The translations under genes were made by a program, and so were the position numbers. Positions 49,236 through 58,165 of a stretch of 60,538 bases of DNA are shown here, piece by piece; position 1 is the first letter of the stretch, and each line of letters opens with the position of its first letter. The stretch is taken from NCBI GenBank assembly GCA_965372715.1, contig CBDVDH010000002.1:62001-122538 (forward strand), written 5' to 3'. The DNA comes from an uncultured bacterium (lineage in GTDB: Bacteria; B130-G9). The notes beneath the pieces were generated by a model. It saw only the letters and a list, made by a program, of their open reading frames with translations. It searched no databases and was not told the DNA's origin.

Positions 49236-50315
49236 ATGAAACTCGACAAGATCAAGATTGCGGGCTTCAAGTCGATTCGAGAACAGGAGATCGAGCTTAC
49301 CGGCTTGAATGTCCTGATCGGCGCAAACGGCGCGGGCAAGAGCAATTTCGTTTCCGTCTTTGAGTTTCTTAACGAAATGATGGAAAGGCGCTTGCAGCAG
49401 TTCGTGCCGAGGGCTGGTGGAGCCGATGCCCTGCTGTTCTTTGGGCAAAAGGAAACCGAGAAGATCGAGATTTATCTTGCCGTGGGGCAGAGCCATTATT
49501 CATGTTCTTTGGCTCCCACCGTTGATGATCGTTTGGTCTTCAAGCATGAATTCGTCGGCTATGGTCGCCAGTCCGCCCTTCTTGGCAATGGGCAAATCGA
49601 ATCGAAATTGCCCGAGCAGGCTGGAGCTCGGGGACCTGGCGTTTCTTCGTACATGCTCGATGCTATTAAGAGCTGGAAACTGTACCATTTCCACGACACG
49701 AGCGACAGCGCGGGCGTGAAGAGAATCCGGGATATCATCCACGAGATGTATCTCCGCCCGGACGCCTCAAACCTGGCGGCTTTCCTTTTTCGCCTTCGCA
49801 ATAGCTCACCCGGACACTATGAAGTGATACGAGATACGGTTCGAATGGTCGCCCCATTCTTTGACGATTTCATCCTTCGTCCTTTGTCAGAGAACGAGGA
49901 CAAGATTCGACTCGTATGGCACGAGAAGGGATCGGATCGTCCGTTTCTTGCACACTACCTATCCGACGGCACGTTGCGCTTCATCTGCCTGGCCACGCTG
50001 CTGCTCCAACCAGATCCCCCATCAATTGTCGTAATTGACGAGCCGGAGCTCGGGCTGCATCCTTATGCCATCACCGTTTTGTCATCAATGCTGCGCAGCA
50101 CATCTGAAAAGACACAGATCATCGTCTCAACTCAATCAGTTCCGCTGGTTAACCAATTGAAGCCGGAGGATCTCCTGATCGTAGAGCGTGTGGATCGGGC
50201 CTCCGTATTCAAGCGGCTTCAGGCTGATGAGATTGGACAATGGCTGACAGACTTTGACGGCTACTACGGCCTCGGCGACCTTTGGGAGAAGAACGTATTT
50301 GGCGGAAGGCCCTAG
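49236..50315 (+). CDS. AAA_21/ABC-like ATPase
   Basis: GANGAGKSN, LSDGTLRF, IDEPELGLHP and VSTQS. Confidence 0.92.
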   Translation: MKLDKIKIAGFKSIREQEIELTGLNVLIGANGAGKSNFVSVFEFLNEMMERRLQQFVPRAGGADALLFFGQKETEKIEIYLAVGQSHYSCSLAPTVDDRLVFKHEFVGYGRQSALLGNGQIESKLPEQAGARGPGVSSYMLDAIKSWKLYHFHDTSDSAGVKRIRDIIHEMYLRPDASNLAAFLFRLRNSSPGHYEVIRDTVRMVAPFFDDFILRPLSENEDKIRLVWHEKGSDRPFLAHYLSDGTLRFICLATLLLQPDPPSIVVIDEPELGLHPYAITVLSSMLRSTSEKTQIIVSTQSVPLVNQLKPEDLLIVERVDRASVFKRLQADEIGQWLTDFDGYYGLGDLWEKNVFGGRP

Positions 50316-50317
50316 CG

Positions 50318-50989
50318 GTGTCAAGGGTGCTGATCCACGTTGAGGGGCAGACGGAAGAGCGCTTTGTCCGGAACATACTTGGGCCACATCTTGAATCGTT
50401 TGGCGTCTATGCAATTCCCACGATCGTAACCACGAAGGTCGCAAAGTCGGGCCCCAATTTCAAGGGCGGGTTCAGCCAGGGATGCTACGAAAGAGTGAAG
50501 CGCGAGCTGAAGATACTGCTCAGGGATTCGAGCGCGATTGCCGTGACTACTATGTTCGACTATTACGGATTGCCCGAGGACTTTCCTGGCCGTGATGATC
50601 CTCAAGGGGAAGACTGCTTTGAGCGGGTACGATATGTAGAAGAGCAATTCGGCGATGATATCCGACACGAGAAGTTCATACCGTACTGCCAGCTCCACGA
50701 ATTCGAAGCACTCCTATTCTCGGAGCCAGCAAAGATCGCTGGCGCGTTTCCTGATGGACCTGACTACACTTCCAGCCTAACTCAAATCGGCGATGGTTTC
50801 GAGAGTCCAGAGGAGATCGACGACGATCCACAGACTTGCCCGAGTGCTCGTTTGGAGGGATTGTATTCTCGTTACCGCAAGCCGTTTCACGGGTCGTTGA
50901 TAGCCGGCCGAATAGGCATAGTGGCTATGCGAGAGAAATGTCCTCACTTCCGAGGATGGTTGGAGACGCTCGAAGCTTTACGTACGTGA
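50318..50989 (+). CDS. DUF4276-family protein
   Basis: HVEGQTEE.FV, TTMFDYYGLP, LHEFEALLFS, PEEIDD and CPHF..W. Confidence 0.88.
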   Translation: MSRVLIHVEGQTEERFVRNILGPHLESFGVYAIPTIVTTKVAKSGPNFKGGFSQGCYERVKRELKILLRDSSAIAVTTMFDYYGLPEDFPGRDDPQGEDCFERVRYVEEQFGDDIRHEKFIPYCQLHEFEALLFSEPAKIAGAFPDGPDYTSSLTQIGDGFESPEEIDDDPQTCPSARLEGLYSRYRKPFHGSLIAGRIGIVAMREKCPHFRGWLETLEALRT

Positions 50990-51217
50990 TGCAACTAATT
51001 GCGATGCCGGATCAGGCGCATTAGCGTCGCACCGCCAACAACTGGTCTTAGTCCCCGGGGTGACGCCTGGGGCTATTCACATCATCGGGATTACACGGTT
51101 TCAGATTGTGATTTGCACGAACATGGGCAAGACAGGGAGCTTGGCCGCGTCAATTCAAGTGCAACGGCCTGATTCTGGGCAGTTAACAGCGTCGTAAGGT
51201 AAATGCCTTACAGAGCG

Positions 51218-52183
51218 CTAGGACCTCGGGTGCGCCTTGTTATATACCTTCTTGAGCCGCTCAATGTTGGTGTGGGTATAGACCGAGGTAGTGCTGATGT
51301 TCTTGTGACCGAGCAGTTCCTGAAGGCGCCTCAGGTCCATTCCAGCATTGTAAAGGTGTGTCGCACACGTATGACGCAGCTTGTGCGGGCTGATGACTTT
51401 TGAACTACCCGACAGGGCCATGTATTTGTGAACCAGGTTATTGACTGACCTCGTCGAGAGCCGCGCGCCGTTTCTATTGAGAAAAAGCGCCTTCTCCATT
51501 GGGTCTTTCGGTCCCTTATAGACCCCATCCGGCTTTGGCCGGGCCTGCAAGTAATCCCTTAGCGCCGAAACTGCTGCCTTGCCGACTGGGACAAGTCGCT
51601 CCTTGCCGCCTTTGCCGAGTATCCGAACCTGACGAGCCTTCAAGTCAGCATCAAAAAGAGATAGACCACAGAGCTCTGACACTCTAATGCCGCAGCTGTA
51701 GAGCAGCTCGAGAATGGCCTTATCCCTCAGCGCAAAAAAACCTCGCTTCGCCCCGATCACCTCGACAAGCGCAAACGCCTCGTCAACGGTCAAGAAGACC
51801 GGGAGTTTTTTCTCGGGCTTCGGGCCGGTTACGAGGTCCGCCGGATTGTCCTTCAACTCCCCGCTGCGGCAAAGGAACCTCAGAAAGGCTCTCACTGCGG
51901 CGAGGCGCCTTTGGATAGTCTTCTTGGAGTCTCCGCTGTAGAACCGGTCAGCCACGTATGCGCTGATGTGTGCGGCTTTTAGACCAGCCAGCGACTTGTT
52001 TCCTATTTCGACTTCATCCTTGTCAGAGCCGGTAGCTTGGGTGAGCCGAATTACTCTCTCGTTTGCCAGGTAACGAGCAAAGGTCTCGATGTCAGAGCAG
52101 TAGTTCCTGACTGTGTGATGCGAATAACCGTGCGTCTTCAGATAACGAGCAAATCGCTTCACTTCCTCAATAGAGGTCTTCAA
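51218..52183 (-). CDS. xerC: Tyrosine recombinase XerC
   Basis: RDKAILELLYSCGIRVSEL, GKGGKER, SPHKLRH, QELLGH, TTSVYT and AHPR. Confidence 0.88.
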   Translation of the reverse strand: MKTSIEEVKRFARYLKTHGYSHHTVRNYCSDIETFARYLANERVIRLTQATGSDKDEVEIGNKSLAGLKAAHISAYVADRFYSGDSKKTIQRRLAAVRAFLRFLCRSGELKDNPADLVTGPKPEKKLPVFLTVDEAFALVEVIGAKRGFFALRDKAILELLYSCGIRVSELCGLSLFDADLKARQVRILGKGGKERLVPVGKAAVSALRDYLQARPKPDGVYKGPKDPMEKALFLNRNGARLSTRSVNNLVHKYMALSGSSKVISPHKLRHTCATHLYNAGMDLRRLQELLGHKNISTTSVYTHTNIERLKKVYNKAHPRS

Positions 52184-52227
52184 GGCTGTTTAGGCCAGGC
52201 GGAGGCCTTTCTTGTCCTCGACGATCA

Positions 52228-52674
52228 TCAGTCGCCAGATGACGGGACAAGCTGCCAATGAGGGTCCTCCATGTAGAAGCTATGGGTTCTGTTGACGAAC
52301 CGCACAGTTGCTACCTTGCGGAATTTGGGGTCATCAAGAGACCTAAACTCCGCCTCAATCCAAGCATCCTCTGTCAGGTAGTAGTTGGCGATGTTTGCAC
52401 GGGGCCTCTGATTGACGCTGATGATGTTGAACTTGATCGCCTTGACCGGGACATAAGTGTCCTCACCGAGCATGTCTTCTTCGGTCGTGCGAAATAGATT
52501 TCGGACATCAACGTCGTTACCGCACCTGGCCATCGCTTGCTTGTCCATTGCGTTATACGCTTCCACGTACGTCTCAAGCGCGGCCTCTGGCGAAACAAAA
52601 GGCTTCCCACCACATCCTACAAACGCTAGCACAACAAACAAGCTACAAAGGGCACTCAACCTTCTAAGCATCAC
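52228..52674 (-). CDS. Hypothetical lipoprotein
   Basis: Basic N-terminus, hydrophobic core and a lipobox-like FVGC. Confidence 0.7.
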   Translation of the reverse strand: MMLRRLSALCSLFVVLAFVGCGGKPFVSPEAALETYVEAYNAMDKQAMARCGNDVDVRNLFRTTEEDMLGEDTYVPVKAIKFNIISVNQRPRANIANYYLTEDAWIEAEFRSLDDPKFRKVATVRFVNRTHSFYMEDPHWQLVPSSGD

Positions 52675-52862
52675 ATAACCTCCTTTAGGGGGTAGCTGCC
52701 GCGTGCCTTTCCCTAGTAGAGCATTTCGATGTTAGAATCTCTACCTATAAATATAGTCAATCGTTCTTGGCAATGCAAGTACCTTTTTTCATTTCTTATC
52801 GTGCTAATATAGACTTGGCCCTGCAATGATCGGCCTGTGTAATCACTAGGTGAGGAAATCGG

Positions 52863-55112
52863 ATGCTCGTGGGGCAAGAAACAGAGCGGCCAGAAGGCAA
52901 TAGGCCCAAAGACGTGACTTGCACGCCCAACAAGCGACTTTGGACGCTTTGGCTAATTCTCGCCATTGCCGGCTTCGCCCTGTTCTCAAACTCTCTCTCG
53001 GTTCCCTTCTGGGAGGACGACTTCATCTACTTGAGGCAGGACCTTGAGAAGAGTCTTGACAGGATGTTCGGCCACGTCGAACGAGGCACGCAAACGTATT
53101 GGTTTTATCGACCGTTTGTTGAGGTCTTATGGTCGCTTGAATACCTAATTTGGGGCAAGAGCCCCGCCGCCTTCAGGATCACAAACATTCTTCTTCACCT
53201 GGCCGTCACAGTCCTGATGAGCATTCTCCTATCCAAACTGCTGGAGGTCCCCTCGTGGGTTGCGTTTGTGGCCGGCGCGGTCTTTCTCTGCCACCCCGCC
53301 AACCAATGCACAGTAGTGTGGCTTTCCAACAGATTTGAGCTGTTTTACACATTCTTCTACCTGCTTTCATTTCTTTGCTTCATCGAGTATCGGGGAAGGC
53401 GAGGAAGGCCGCTTCATTACATCCTATCCGTCGGATTTTTCGCCCTCTCGATAACGTCGAAAGAAAACGCCATCACGCTGCCGGCGGTGCTCTTGCTCTA
53501 TGAACTGTTTCTCGCCGGGCCGAGGGCGCGCCTGAAGAAGGGCCGCGTTGTGACATGTCTGCTGAGGCTATTGCCGTTCGTGTTAATCTCTGCGCTGGCG
53601 CTGCTTCGACGTGTTCTGGTCTATGGCGACGAGGCGTTTGTACACTATCGGGGCACGGACAGCTGGCTTCTCGTGGTCAATACTCTCAAGCACGTCAAGT
53701 GGGCGCTATTGCCGTTCAAGGCTCTCGACCTCGCCGAGTTTGCTGAGGTGTTTTTTCTCCAGATTCTGCTTTTGCTCGTCGCGGTTGTGGCCTTTTCGTT
53801 CACCCATAAGAGAAAAGCCGCGTTCCTTATCGGGTTCGTCATTCTGACTTCGCTGCCCATTCTCAACCAGAGCGGTCTGCGCCACATCTACCTGCCGTTG
53901 GTCGGCGTCATCCCTCTGGTTCTCATTTCCGTGTTGTGGGTGCTGCAATTCATCCAGGGTTGGACATCTAAAAGAGGCGTGCACTACACCGGCATGGGCG
54001 TCGCTATCTACATTTCGGTGCTGATGACGTTCGCATTCCTCTCGGCAGTCTCAATACCCGGTCATGGTAAGATAACTCCTGAAGTAGGCCTTCTTCACTG
54101 GATAGCCAACGGCAGAAACGCGCTTATCGGCCTCGCCTTGCTTCTCGTTCTGACACTCGTGCGGGCCAAAACGTTCAAGCTCAAGATGTGCCCCGCCAAG
54201 ATCAAGCCGTCCGTCGCGACGCTGCTGCCGGTCGTCGCCATCATCCCCATTTTCGCGGTCATGACTTCCACATACAACGGACAGAACGTCGAATGGGGCA
54301 AGGGCATCTGGCGGGTCTATTCATCGCTTGATACGCTTTCTCTTCCAGTTAAGGATGGCGCCGAGATATACGTGGTGGACCCGCCTTCAAGCAGCCACCT
54401 TACTCCGATAGCATTCCACTACTATCCTCAGCAAGTCCTAGTCGATGATGGGATCGAGGGATTCTATTACAACCACCAATACGGGGAGACGATTGCTTCA
54501 GACATGATATTCTTCCTGGCATTTGATGATGGCCAACTCGTTTTGAGTGAAGACCTGAAAAATGCTGTCCTCACGAGGTTTGACCTGCGAAGAAGCGCCC
54601 GATTCAGGCCTCTTAGGATGTGTTGGACAACCAGATCGTCCGTTCCCGACCAATTCTCAGGCTGGAAGCGGCTGTCCGGTAGAATAAGGGCTGACCCGGG
54701 GAACTTCGTGGTGTCGCAGATTGACATTCCGGTTAGTCTTCTGGATACACTTGTTCTCTCGTTCGACGGAGCGAGAACGGGAGCAGAGATTATGGGCAGA
54801 TTCGAGTGGCAGACCGGCGAGGGCAAAGCGGCGCGGCAACAGCAGTCCACGGATTTCGTGGGCAGCGTCGGAGATAACGGCCTCCTTTCGATTGACCTCG
54901 CCCTGGTCGCTCAATGGCTTGAAACAAGGTCGATTGTGGGGTTTTCCGTTGAGTACGGTTCGGACGGACCATTGGAGCTGACAGCCGTGGCCCTTTCCAG
55001 CGAGAAACTGAAACCTAGGACCAGGTTCATAGAGATAACCCTCCCGAAGGGCAAGACCTTCTCCCGGGCGTCTCGAGCGGTGTTAAGGGACCTGCTCAGG
55101 GAGGTCAAATGA
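52863..55112 (+). CDS. GT-C-like (TMTC/PMT-like) polytopic membrane protein with soluble C-terminal domain
   Basis: EDD, FYRP, NILLHL, HPA..VVW..R and SKE. Confidence 0.7.
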   Translation: MLVGQETERPEGNRPKDVTCTPNKRLWTLWLILAIAGFALFSNSLSVPFWEDDFIYLRQDLEKSLDRMFGHVERGTQTYWFYRPFVEVLWSLEYLIWGKSPAAFRITNILLHLAVTVLMSILLSKLLEVPSWVAFVAGAVFLCHPANQCTVVWLSNRFELFYTFFYLLSFLCFIEYRGRRGRPLHYILSVGFFALSITSKENAITLPAVLLLYELFLAGPRARLKKGRVVTCLLRLLPFVLISALALLRRVLVYGDEAFVHYRGTDSWLLVVNTLKHVKWALLPFKALDLAEFAEVFFLQILLLLVAVVAFSFTHKRKAAFLIGFVILTSLPILNQSGLRHIYLPLVGVIPLVLISVLWVLQFIQGWTSKRGVHYTGMGVAIYISVLMTFAFLSAVSIPGHGKITPEVGLLHWIANGRNALIGLALLLVLTLVRAKTFKLKMCPAKIKPSVATLLPVVAIIPIFAVMTSTYNGQNVEWGKGIWRVYSSLDTLSLPVKDGAEIYVVDPPSSSHLTPIAFHYYPQQVLVDDGIEGFYYNHQYGETIASDMIFFLAFDDGQLVLSEDLKNAVLTRFDLRRSARFRPLRMCWTTRSSVPDQFSGWKRLSGRIRADPGNFVVSQIDIPVSLLDTLVLSFDGARTGAEIMGRFEWQTGEGKAARQQQSTDFVGSVGDNGLLSIDLALVAQWLETRSIVGFSVEYGSDGPLELTAVALSSEKLKPRTRFIEITLPKGKTFSRASRAVLRDLLREVK

Positions 55113-57700
55113 CATCCCAACTGGCAAAGGCGGCTCCCCGGGACGAGGCGATAAAGGCGTTTCGGATAATCCTGGGTCTTGTCTTCACATCAGTCATTAT
55201 CGCGCTGGTTATATGGTCGTCGGCAATAATCACGCGGTTTTTGATCCCGGTGTCGTTCGAGGCGGAGAATGTCAGCCAGCCAGCACTCTCATATCGGCTC
55301 TTGGAGCGGCCGTTCGTCGTATCGGGACAGCGCACCAGTGTCAGAAAGCTGGCCGGCCTCGCTCGTGGGGGGTACGACCTGAGCATTACCTGCGTGATCG
55401 ATGACGGTGGAGGCGTGGGTTCGGGCAGACTACTCGCATCCATCAATGGACGAGAGGTTGGCAAGATGCGTGTATCACACATAACGCCGAAAGCATTTTC
55501 TTGCCCAATCGACGTTTCCACCTCCACTCTTGAACTGGGTGTGAAGTTCGAGGCTGACGGTGAGTGCTCGCTGAGGATCGACCAGATTGAGCTCAGAAGA
55601 ACGAGCGATCTTCTGTATAAGCACGTCGCAGACCGCTATGGGCTTCCGGGCGGCCGGCGGATAGACTTCCAGAACCCGCTTCAGCTTGATATCGGTGTCC
55701 CGGCGAACGCGTTTGGGCTTTTGGTGCGAGCCAGGATTGATGAGCTTTCCCTTGGGCCGTCCGAGCTGACAGTGTCCGCTGACAGCGAGCAACTCGGCAA
55801 CCACACGATGTTCTGGCTCAAATGGTCGGATTACCTGTTCGGTCTCCGAGATTGCGCGGGTAAGACCGTGAGGCTGTCGCTCAACGTCGCAAACGCAAGG
55901 GGCATTGCGATTGTCGATCGCATCACGATTCTTCAAAGGTCAAAGAACAGAGCGTATTTTCTTAACATCCTGGGCTCGTTCCTTGAGGCGTGCTCGGCTT
56001 ACCGCGACGCCGCCAAGTGTTACCTCGCATCTCTGAGGTTCTATCCTGAGAACTGGCGGAGCAAGAACAAGCTGCTACAGCTGCTTCTTGAGCAAGGAAT
56101 GGCCGACGAGGCCGCCGTGCTGCTGCACTTCTTCGACCGTTTTCAACCGCATTTTTCCGATCCGCGCATTCAGGCGGAACAGATCTCGAGGGCCGCCGCC
56201 GTGCTAATGGCTTATCATGACACGGAGCGCGCCGTGGAGCTAATCGACCGGTATTTTCGCACGTATGATCCTACCGGGGCTGCGGAACTTCTGAGCCAGA
56301 AGATGAAGAGCCTTCGGGGATCGAGGAAGACTGCGAATATCTCGGAAGACGCCTGGACGCTGGTCCCGGCAAGGGACCTTTGGGTCGGCATCATTCCCGC
56401 CCTGTCCAACGGTCGGGAGGTCAGCATGATTGAGGACGCGCTGTCCGGGCGCCGGGATACCAACGTTCTCGTCCAGGAGTGGCGGGAGAGGCGCCTCCTG
56501 GAACAGATTTACAGTGTCCCGAGCGGTGTTCTTTCGCCCAACTTCGTCCTGGCGGACCCCGACAACGCCGAGAAGCTCGTGTCGGGCTGGGACAAGCCCC
56601 AGGGCGAGAGCGTCGTTTGGGGAACGGGCGCCTCGTCCGTTCTTGCCGTCGATATCGAAAGGCCGAACGACGTGCTTCTAACGTTCAGAGTTAAGCCCAG
56701 ATTCGTCTATAACCTCCTGCCCAGGATGGCCGTCTCATTCAATAGTGAGCCGCTTCGGGAGATAATCCTTCTGCCGGGGTGGCACGAGTATCAGACGTTC
56801 GTGCCCGCCCAATTGCAGAACCGAGGCGCGAACGAGCTGACATTGGGCTATAAGTATTTCGGCGCCGACACAAAGGGGGACGGCGGGCCCACGGACCGCA
56901 AGGTCGCGTTCCACTACATCGAGTGGTGGCGGACCGACGAGCGGTTTAAGGACCTCTTCATCTACGAGACTGGGACAATCGTCGGCGATCACAGGTTTGA
57001 GATTGACGGGGACATCCGCCAGACGCTGTTTGTGCACCCGCCGCGGGCGGTTTTCTATCCCATCGTGATATGGCCTGACACAACGCTGTCGTTTGGCCTC
57101 GGCATCTCGGAGAAAATCTGGGACAGGGGCGGCGACGGCACGCTGTTTAGGGTCTTGCTGTATCCGGAGAACCGCCGAGACACAGATGGCGAGCCGATTG
57201 TCCTTCTCGAAAGGTTCCTTGACGCGTGCGGCAACCCTGACGAGAGGCATTGGTTCGACTATCAGCTCGACCTCTCGAATCATAGCGGCACTGTAGGGAA
57301 GTTGGCCTTCGAGACACTCCCAGGCCAGAAGGGCGACATCTGGTACGACTGGTCAGGCTTTTCTGACCCGACAATCCGAGAGACCATCGAATACATCGAC
57401 CTGTCGGGCAAATCGCTCAGCGCCTCGATCAGTCTCCGGGGCGGCAGATACACGATTTCGGTGTTGGCCAAAGGCGCCCCCGTAAAGGTATTGCCCCCGT
57501 GGCTTGCCGTCATGATAGACGGCGAACACGTCCAAACCTTGCTGATCAAACACGCCGAATGGGCCCCCTACTCGCTGACGACCGACCTCTCGGCCGGCCA
57601 CCACACGATAACGCTCTACTTCGCAAACGAAATGGACCTCAGCCAGTCCTGGGAGCCAATGCGCCTCCTAATCGGCGGCGTGGGCTTCTTGCCCATGTAG
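55109..57700 (+). CDS. Membrane-anchored protein with TPR-like and beta-sandwich domains
   Basis: N-terminal TM, a TPR-like middle and GGDGTLF..ERHWFDYQLDLS. Overlaps the upstream stop codon (ATGA). Confidence 0.65.
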   Translation: MTSQLAKAAPRDEAIKAFRIILGLVFTSVIIALVIWSSAIITRFLIPVSFEAENVSQPALSYRLLERPFVVSGQRTSVRKLAGLARGGYDLSITCVIDDGGGVGSGRLLASINGREVGKMRVSHITPKAFSCPIDVSTSTLELGVKFEADGECSLRIDQIELRRTSDLLYKHVADRYGLPGGRRIDFQNPLQLDIGVPANAFGLLVRARIDELSLGPSELTVSADSEQLGNHTMFWLKWSDYLFGLRDCAGKTVRLSLNVANARGIAIVDRITILQRSKNRAYFLNILGSFLEACSAYRDAAKCYLASLRFYPENWRSKNKLLQLLLEQGMADEAAVLLHFFDRFQPHFSDPRIQAEQISRAAAVLMAYHDTERAVELIDRYFRTYDPTGAAELLSQKMKSLRGSRKTANISEDAWTLVPARDLWVGIIPALSNGREVSMIEDALSGRRDTNVLVQEWRERRLLEQIYSVPSGVLSPNFVLADPDNAEKLVSGWDKPQGESVVWGTGASSVLAVDIERPNDVLLTFRVKPRFVYNLLPRMAVSFNSEPLREIILLPGWHEYQTFVPAQLQNRGANELTLGYKYFGADTKGDGGPTDRKVAFHYIEWWRTDERFKDLFIYETGTIVGDHRFEIDGDIRQTLFVHPPRAVFYPIVIWPDTTLSFGLGISEKIWDRGGDGTLFRVLLYPENRRDTDGEPIVLLERFLDACGNPDERHWFDYQLDLSNHSGTVGKLAFETLPGQKGDIWYDWSGFSDPTIRETIEYIDLSGKSLSASISLRGGRYTISVLAKGAPVKVLPPWLAVMIDGEHVQTLLIKHAEWAPYSLTTDLSAGHHTITLYFANEMDLSQSWEPMRLLIGGVGFLPM

Positions 57701-58165
57701 GAGAGAGTCCACAGATTACGCAGATTCCACAGATTGAGATGGCGCGTCTTTCAACCGAACAACCGGTCCACGAAGAACACGAAGGGCCGCCAAGTGTCTT
57801 TCTTCGTGTTTCTCGGTGTCCTTCGTGGATCATCTCTCAACCATGGCCGCCGGGACTGGGTCAATTCTTGACCCAGCCTGGGCAGAGCGAGATTTGAGCT
57901 GATTCCAGCGCGTTGCGGCGCTCATTTCACTATCTTATTATGATGGGTGCAAACTGCGAACGAATCTGAACTAAGATGAGCTCAGAAGTTTGACCGTGAT
58001 GTTGAACATTGATATGATTTGTGTGAGATTTGCCGTGTCGTGTGTCAACACTGCGCGGCGCCAAGCAAGGGATGGCGATCTATGTAGTTTTTCATCGAGT
58101 CTTCTTAAGCTGTTTGTCTTAACTGTTGACTGTGTTCAACACCAAATCAAAACAGGAGGTGCGAG

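Noticed and set aside
51176-51204. dif-like site near xerC (TAAGGTAAAT)
   Set aside because: Only a partial resemblance to the XerD arm, with no convincing XerC arm or spacing.
51218-52183. Island integrase responsible for the cargo insertions
   Set aside because: Length and motifs fit housekeeping XerC and it lies outside the repeat-bounded cargos. A trans role cannot be shown from sequence.
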